Source: Stylophora pistillata
Lineage: Eukaryota
Assembly: GCF_002571385.2 (NCBI RefSeq)
Contig: NW_019217905.1
Location: 348,049-412,048 of the forward strand
Length of the DNA: 64,000 nucleotides
Direction: 5' to 3'
The position numbers were made by a program, and so were the translations under genes. The stretch's first letter is position 1. Each line of letters begins with the position of its first letter. The notes under the pieces were generated by a model, which saw only the letters and a list, made by a program, of their open reading frames with translations, was not told the origin of the DNA and made no database searches. Below are positions 56,176 to 64,000 of this stretch, piece by piece.

Positions 56176-56334
56176 AAACACTGACCCCTAGTCCACGGAC
56201 CTCTGTACGGATCCCCCTTTACGGACCCCCCATGAAAAGACAATAATAACAATCAAAAAAATTGTCATTGTTATTATTGTCTTTTCATGGGGGGTCCGTA
56301 AAGGAGGGTCCGTGGACTAGGGGTCAGTGATTTC
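56176..56334. mobile_element. Foldback/MITE palindrome upstream of the second gene
   Basis: cactgacccctagtccacggacc / ggtccgtggactaggggtcagtg, with inner ccccccatgaaaagacaataataacaat / attgttattattgtcttttcatgggggg. Confidence 0.85.
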
Positions 56335-56533
56335 GTCTTACTCAGAGATTTCTGTAACTGGAGTCATAGGTGAACAAAATATTTTAGAGATGAAATCGGG
56401 TGCACTGGCCGTGTGTTTTAATTTTGATGTTTTCGTGGAATTGAAACATTGAGGCCTTAGCGAGGAATTTTCCTTTTCTCCGAACTTGTACTATTGATAA
56501 TCTATCCCAAGAGCCCTCGGATTATTTTGCAAC

Positions 56534-59500
56534 ATGGCGGCTAACGAGTTTGAAGCGGACGAGTCCCTTGATGATCAGATAACTGAGGTAAGTTTCTAGT
56601 TTGGGTGTCGAATCTTGAAATGTTTCTCCTGCATGTGCGTATTACTAGGAAGCAGATTTACCAGTTGCTCATTGGCTTTTTCTTTGTGAAGCGTTTGAAA
56701 CCTGTGTGATTTCTCCCTGGTAAGAGTTAATGACCGTAAATATTTTCTTTAAGACCACTTCAGAACAAGTAAGCGTTTTCCGCTGCAGATGCCAATTAAA
56801 AGTGAAGGGAAAACTTCATCAATGTTTCAAGCCAAACAAATTCCATTACGCCAAGAATCTGTATCACTTATCACTTTTACTTGAGTGATTTGATCGGTTT
56901 CGCTTTGCTACAGGAAACGCTATACCATCGAATTGCAATGTTTTTTCTTTGGTGGGAGTTTCTCAGAAGGGTAGTTTGAAAACGAACTATTACCCTTCCT
57001 GATCATCTAAGTGCCACAAATTTCTGGCTTTGGTTAGGTAAACAACGATATGATTCTGCTGCGTGGGCCATGCATACTTAGAGTCGTACGAAAGTGACCA
57101 AGAAATACTTCGAGACTAAAACTTCATTCAAAACAGTTCTTGATTTGCTGTTATGAGCGAAAAAGAATACATTGAAAGATTCCAATGATGTACGGACAAA
57201 TTGCAAAATTACTCACTTTGAAATCTGGTCTGCAAGTGCAGAAATATTTACTAGCGATTTTTATTAAATCTTGACTTTTGAGTAAACACGCACCTGATAC
57301 ACTCCTTTTGCTTTTTCGTTGTAAATAAGTTATTCATTTTAATTGGTATTCTTTCACTGGGGCTTGTTTTGGGAAAAGATGTTGTATAAAAATTTACTGT
57401 GCATTGCGTTTGCTTTTCTAGTTTCTCCAAAATTTTGATTTTTCGTAAGCACCTATTACATGTAAGTGTCAAAGGTTCATTGCTTTCCAGCAAAACTGTA
57501 CAGTCTTGGTTCTCAGTGGTTACGAAGACACAGGAAGGAATGTTTGCTTGCTGAAATAAAAATTGAGGGACAAACCTTCCTTTCCTTCATCATTGACCAT
57601 AAGTATCTTTGCCAAAAAAAAAAAAAAAAAAAAAACAAGCTAGAGGAGCCTTGAGGCTCTCCCAAATTGACATTTTGGCTAATTGAATATTGAATGTAAA
57701 CAACTTTTGGTGGATCGGAAAGTTTTATTTACACTGTTACAGAAGTGAATCATAATGAAAACAAACCCTGAGGCTGCACTGGACACTATACAGACTGGAA
57801 ATCATCTTAAACAGGGACATGTAGATTTTTTTATGATAAATACCCAATGGAATGGCCAACCACTTTCAATACTTGACAAAAGTTTTATTGAGAATCCCAT
57901 GACTCAAGAACATTGTATGCCACGCCATTGTTGTTGACAGACACCATTTATACAAGTATGTTTATCTATTTTTATGCATCAAACCTTCCCAGTCACGACT
58001 TTTACGTAGTCAACACTGCGGGTTAAATCCCATACATTTTTCATGTAGTTTTTATTCACTCAGTGAGACAGTTGTGAAAAACTTTGTTTTTAATTTGGCA
58101 GAATTTACCCCAAATTTTCCAGTATTTTTTTAGAAAAACAGATCTCTTCTAAAGTATCACAAGGTTTGATGCTTTTTCCAATCAGATTTGTTGGGGCATT
58201 GTTTTTTACTCCAAATAGTTTTGATTTGCTTAGTTAGTATAAGGAGAAGAGATGTCATTAGATTTTGTTTCTTTATGGATGGATGGACGCATTTCAACAA
58301 TTAGTTCTTTCCTTTTCCTGATTAAATGTATTGAAATATATAAGTAAAAGCTTTCATTAGTGTAACCATCTAGAGATATGATTCTTTGGTGCTTTGCATC
58401 CTAAGGTAGTACTTTCCTTCTAATTTTGATTTGGTCCATGAGAATAATTATAAAGAAATGAAGACTCTGCAAAAAAAAGAAATCAAGAGAGTCTGGAGTT
58501 GGGAGAAGTTGGTTTGTAATTTAGTGGATTGAATTGTATTTAGGAAAAACTACTTTTGTTTTGTGTTTGGTAAATGGTTTTGTGTCTGACCCTATTGGAG
58601 CTAGCTAGTGGACCACCCATTCTCAGTCTGTCCCTATTGTTGTTGAATTTCACTTCACGTTTCCAATTTTTACTCATAAAATTCTACCGACATCAGCTGG
58701 ACGAAAAACTCCGAAAGAATTGCTTTGAATTCGAGCCAAAACTCGTTTCAAATCTAAATGGAAGAGAACTATGCGAGAGGAGATGTTTGAAAAACGGTTC
58801 TTACGATTGGTGCTTCTCTTGAGAGATAATGCATGATAACAAGTCTCAACTATGAAAATGTCTAAACTGAACAAAGAACAAATTAAAGAACTGTATCAAT
58901 CTATACATCCAACAGTGCTTATCAAAAAAAAAAAACATTCAAGAGAGGGTGTTGTTTTCTATATTTACCTGTTCTCTCAGCATTTGAAGTTAGTGTACAT
59001 GATTAAATGTGGTTCATGCTTGCTGGACTTTAAATTTCAAGCAATTTTGGACTCTCAGACTCACTTCAAGTAGTTATGGTTGCAATTTTATGGCGTTGTT
59101 AAACTGCAGGCGTCCCAAGCTCGTGTCTCGAGGAAAAACAAAGGCTCATTTCATGAAATTGTCATACATTGTGTGACGTGGTGTTAAGTTATGTGAGCAA
59201 CCATTGAGAATTTGAATGTGTTATAACGAATAGTATGGGGAACAAAATATGGTCCATTTAAAACACTAGATATTCCAAAATAAGAGCATTTTACAAGTAA
59301 AATTGATTACTACTATTCGTTATTATGCATTCAAATTCTCGATGGTTGCTCACATAACTTAATTAACACCACGTCACATGACGCGTGACAGTTTCATGAA
59401 ATGATCCTTTGCTTTTCCTTGAGACGTGAGCTTGGGACACCTGTCGTTAAACTACCTTTTAATATATCTTAATATAGTCAAACCTGTTTCAAGCAACACT

Positions 59501-62299
59501 ATATAAGTAGTCAACCTGTACTAATTGGGTGGTTTTAAAGTCCTGAAATTGTTACCTCTGATTACTGTAATTTTCACCTCCATGAGTTCCCCTCAGCACT
59601 GAACAGTCACTTAAAGTGGGACTACTCAAATGAAACTAAGAATTATCTTTCAATTAAGTAAAATTTTAAACCACTACTGTCTCCAGAAATCTATGTTAGT
59701 GGTATTGTTTAGGGAGTTTTTGCACATAAGTGGACATAAGGAACTTTATTCACACTTATTCTTCGAAAAAAAATTCAACTGTAAGAAAGAAAAAAAGGGA
59801 AAAAAGAAGAGCGTTGTAACTATACATGAAATTAGACAAAGCAGGGGAAAGAGTGTGTAGTAGCCAAAGAAGCCAAGCTTTCGAGTTGGCTACTACCCCA
59901 GAGCAGTTACAGATGGGTGGTGGTTGAATACTTAAGGAGATAGCATATACACTATATAGTTATGAAAAATAAAGCTATATGATATATTAGAGTTGATCAA
60001 GATGTCTGCCCGCCGAGTAGGAAGAGTGTATATTCTCTTTTAAAGCTTCTGGCGGAGAAACACTTTATTTTAATAGGTATTGTTTGCCAGGTCTGTGATG
60101 CCACTATGCTAAATCTTGCTAGACTATAATTGGTTCTAGAAAATGGTTTGTACAAGTTTTCAAAATACCCCAAGTTTTCAAAATACCCCAATTCTGTTGA
60201 ACCAGTACTATAAAGCAGTCAATCTGTATAAGGTGGTCACCACACCATTGCCTGTGGGTGACTGCCTGATACAGGTTCAATTGTGGGCAAACAGCTGTCC
60301 TGAAAAGTGAGGATTGTGACATCCAGCATTTCAATGAACTTAGGAGTTTGGTTGAGCGTGCCATAGAGAAGTTAAAAAAATTTCCAGATCAAGAAAATTT
60401 CCCATTCTCAATGGTGGGGACAGCTATTCAGCTTGAGATTGTTTGTGCTGCACTGAACAAGTTACTGCCATCACTTGCAAAGTAGTCTAGTTTTTTCTTT
60501 TTCTACTGTTGTTTTCTGTTGTACCACAATGTAAGAAATCTAAGCGAAAGATCATTTTAATGCCATGTTGTGAAACATACATACATATTTGCAAATCGAG
60601 ACTGTGTTTTGAGGAGACATTGAATAAATTCTAATCACTGTTAGGGCTGACTTGGCTTGAGCCAAGTTGACCCAGAAATTGTTACACGTTGTTATGAATT
60701 TTTCCATTTTTACCCTATTTGAGCTTAATGGAACAAAACAAGATATAGTCAGCTTTGAGTCTCAAAAATTCTGAGCAATTCGAAGCCCAGGCCAGGCCAT
60801 ATTCTATTCATGCATAAATTGGAACTTGACTATTTTTACTACCTGCATTGAATTTGTGACATGCTTAAACCTTGATATACGCAGTATATTTCTGAGTAAT
60901 GCATATAAAAATCAACTATTCAAGGCTGCGCTCTAAGGAAAATTGAATGGAGCCCAGTGCTCTGAAACTGTGAAATCCAGGGTGCCAAGCATATGCTTTG
61001 TATGAAACAACTAAGATTTCCGAGTCGCCCAAGAGCAAAAGTAAAGCACCAGGGGCCACCGGGCTCTGTTAGAGCACAGCCTTGCTATTTAATATTTTAT
61101 TCTTTCATCTTAATTATAGATTGCTGAGTTTATAACAATGTGAATGTTCCTCTTGAAGGACTGGTTCATTTTGACAATATTTAGTACATGCCTGTGCAGT
61201 ACTGTGTAATGTTTCATCATTCATATGCTCAAATGATGTAACCTCTTGAAAATTACTGTTAGTAGAAAGGTTTAATTATCTTTAGTTCTTTACATATACA
61301 TTTGTCTGGCTTAGGATGTCTTAATGTGGAAGTATTGTTTAACTTAGGAATTTTATCCAATTTTTTAACAGAACAACCCAAGTGACTGGTATGATAGCCA
61401 TTTTGGTGATGCAGTACTAACAACAGTTACCCACGATCGATTTTATTTACAGGCTTCTGGTGGTGGTGAAATGTCTTCATTTGACTCGGTGTGCCCTGAG
61501 GACAATCTATATAACGAGTCACCCTCAAGTGTCTCAACATCATCTCTAAACTCATTCCAAGTAGGTCAGAGTTCTTTAGGTGCAATGCTTGAGTTCATAC
61601 AACACAGCTCACCAACTGTAGCTGAAGCAGCATTTAATCAATTGACACAAGGGGAGTACGTCAGTATTGAAACATTGTCAAATAGTTTCAGTAAGCCACA
61701 AACTGGCTCTGAGGAATTATCAAGTGAGGATGAAATTAAGAGATCAGGAGAAGACTTCCCTGACAGACATTCTGGTTCTTGTGTCAAAAATCAGGCAAAT
61801 GAATGGGAGCATTTAGGTGCTAGACCAAGAGATGTGCCCCCGAAAAAGAACAGTTCCTCAGAGTCTTCCTCATCATTTGACCTGACTCCTCAACAAGATG
61901 CAGGACCTGTGGCTCTTGGAGTGCACAATCCATTGTTGCCTGAACACACTGAAGACAAACAGACTGGTCCTGAGTGCTGTGAATGGTTGTCGACTGATGA
62001 AGTTGGTTTGCTTTCAAGGTCACCTGACACAGAAACAAGGGAAACTATGAAATATATCCCTCGACACACAGAGATTGCCTTCCTCTTGGATCATATTCGT
62101 GAACTAAGGGAAGAGTTAGCACGGCTGACAGTGACAGTGAAGCTCCAAGAAGAGAAGATACTAGCTCTTCAAGTACAAAGGCATTGGGAGAATATTTCTC
62201 GGCTATTTACTGAAGATGTTAGGGAGCAGAGTGGGCCTGGTACAGCTAGGGAGGCATCATCTGACCTTTACCATAAGGCATGTCTGGTGGACAGCTTAG
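56534..62299 (+). CDS. 5' part of a second spliced gene related to the RCHY1-like N-terminal extension (no further exon identified within the window)
   Basis: Exon 56534-56587 (aacATGgcg; MAANEFEADESLDDQITE|GTAAGT, phase 0) joins in frame to exon 61372-62299 (ends G|GTAAG, phase 1). It shares WEHxGARPRD and the coiled-coil exon end with the upstream gene. Confidence 0.65.
59103..59446. mobile_element. Foldback MITE with ~130-bp imperfect TIRs flanked by TTAA
   Basis: caggcgtcccaagctc..ataacgaatagta / tactattcgttat..gagcttgggacacctg; TTAA at 59099-59102 and 59447-59450. Confidence 0.75.
59997..60150 (-). mobile_element. CR1/L2 RT extreme C-terminal fragment
   Basis: RTNYSLARFSIVASQTWQTIP..IK....SFKREY. 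Confidence 0.6.
60921..61084. mobile_element. MITE with 16-bp TIRs and 5-bp TSD CTATT
   Basis: ctatt|CAAGGCTGCGCTCTAA ... TTAGAGCACAGCCTTG|ctatt. Confidence 0.85.
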
Positions 62300-63234
62300 G
62301 TAAGAAAAGTATATCGTACATACTGCAGCAGCTTCTTGCAGCATGTTCATAAGTAAATGCAAACTCTCCTAGTTTACCAGTAAGTTTCCCAGATCTTAAT
62401 GAATCTCTTGGTCACCTGCTCTCTTTCTACGTCCACTTTTTTTGCCTGTAAGGAAATCAAGCAATTATTTTTGAAGGTTGTATTTTTGTGAATCTTTTCC
62501 CTTTCTTAATTACTTGCACCTATGTTATGGAGTATCATTTGGGTGTGATAAGATTGGGTTTAACCAGACAATAAGCAATATATGAATTAACAATTAAGAG
62601 GAATGTTTTCCAAAACTAAACTTGCCCAGGTCTTTGCATCTCTAGAAGTTCAGGTGCCATGAGATCTTTTCAACTTTGCAGTCCCCATTTTGAGTGAGGA
62701 GGGAAGGGTAAGTCACTTCCGCTCGACTATGGTGCAATCCAAGAGTACTCTGTAATTGCCTTGCAATTGTCGTTACTTTGTTAGGTTTTTGATTGGATGG
62801 TAAAGAATCGTTGTTTCATCTTATAAATCCATTGTATGAAAAACTAAAACTGCAATCTACACTTGGTTGTACTAGAAACAAAGACCCCCCTAAATCCAAG
62901 ACCTAAGACCTACAAACAAGGACCTGAAAATGAAAACCCCTTAATTTTCTTGATTTAACATGATCTTTTTATGGTTTCTGGTCGGAAATAACCAGCCCAG
63001 GTTTTAATCTTTTTAATATAGGGATAAAGCACGCCATCAAGCACTTGTTTTATTTTAAAAGACCCAGAGAATTAATACTAGAAAAAGAAGACCTATAATC
63101 AAAGACCCACCAAAAAAGACCTGCAAATGAAGACCCCTCATTTTCAACTTTGAACAGAATGTGCTCTCCAGCTCTCCTGATTGATCTGAAATCCGTCAGT
63201 TGTAAATGTTTTGGCTAGCAAATATCACTATAAT

Positions 63235-64000
63235 TATATAAATGATATTTCGGCAAACATCACATCAACCATGAAAATCTACGCTGATGATACTAAAATC
63301 TATCGCAAGATCATCGAGCCTGACAAGGATGTACCAGCCTTACAGCTGGACTTGAACAAATTAAGTGATTGGGCTAATAAGTAGCCTGAAAAATGTGAAG
63401 TTATGCATATGTAACGCACAGTAGAGACAGATCTAAGCCAAGCTATTCCCTTGGTGCGCAACTAAAATCTGTTGACATTGCCAAGGACCTGGCGGTCACG
63501 ATAAACTATGATCTATCTTGGGGTTAACACGTTTCCTACATAGTAAACAAGGCAAACAAAGTGTTGGGTATAATTAGGCGATCACTTGGAAACAATAATT
63601 GGTATGCATTTTCTTGCCTCTTTAAGTTGTTAGTAAGACCAATACTCAAATACCCTGCCCCCGTCTGGAGCCCCTACCAAAAAGGGATATTGAATCTTTG
63701 AAAAAAGTCCAAAGTAGGGCATCTAGGTCAGCGTTAAAGCAAAAGCTTGGAGAAATGAGCTAAGAAGACCATTGCTGCTTATTGAATTGGCAAACTTTGG
63801 AGAAACGTAGAGAGTTTTTATCTTACTAAATGTAGTCAAACTAGAGCCAATCTGGAGCCAATCACGATTATAAGCTCCATGTAAAAGTAGCCATTCTAAA
63901 TCGCTACAAATTTTCTTTCTTTGTACGGATTGTTGATATGTGGAATAATTTGCCTAAAGATATTGTACATGCAGGTTCATTGACTTTATTTTGTAACAGA
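63235..64000 (+). mobile_element. Decayed CR1/L2-clade LINE reverse transcriptase, 3' part
   Basis: YINDI..MKIYADDTKIYR..LQLDLNKLSDWA, KDL.V, KANKVLGIIRR, LVRPILKY.APVWSP and RIVDMWNNLP, with many stops and frameshifts. Confidence 0.88.

Noticed and set aside
60270-60440. Extra coding exon of the second gene
   Set aside because: The short open frame (FNELRSLVERAIEKL) is not phase-compatible with the flanking exons and contains stops.

Overview
Eukaryotic (metazoan, probably anthozoan/coral by repeat content; inferred) scaffold with several N gaps. The centrepiece is an end-to-end Polinton/Maverick (adintovirus-like endogenous dsDNA virus) at 8892-25539. It has AGTAGT...ACTACT termini, ~210-bp imperfect TIRs and a perfect 6-bp GAGATC target-site duplication. 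It encodes protein-primed PolB, a chromodomain integrase, a parvovirus-type PLA2 protein, a packaging ATPase, penton, PZ, a truncated major capsid protein fused in frame to a collagen/fibre protein, and an NCLDV-like SSB; no protease is visible. Its most unusual part is an array of small genes sharing a Rho-N/HeH-like module (also at the PolB N-terminus), separated by a conserved 11-7-11 dyad with a compensatory base change. The integrase N-terminus appears reachable only by a -1 shift at A_AAA_AAG from the PLA2 gene. Flanks hold decayed elements (ISL2EU/Harbinger-like, Penelope, Gypsy, pogo, L2/CR1, SINE, MITEs) and a Penelope-type minimal hammerhead ribozyme. The right third holds a spliced host gene (HEPN-like + coiled coil + CHY + RING-H2, RCHY1/Pirh2-like) with one in-frame TGA, and the start of a related gene. 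All family assignments come from motif recognition without database searches.
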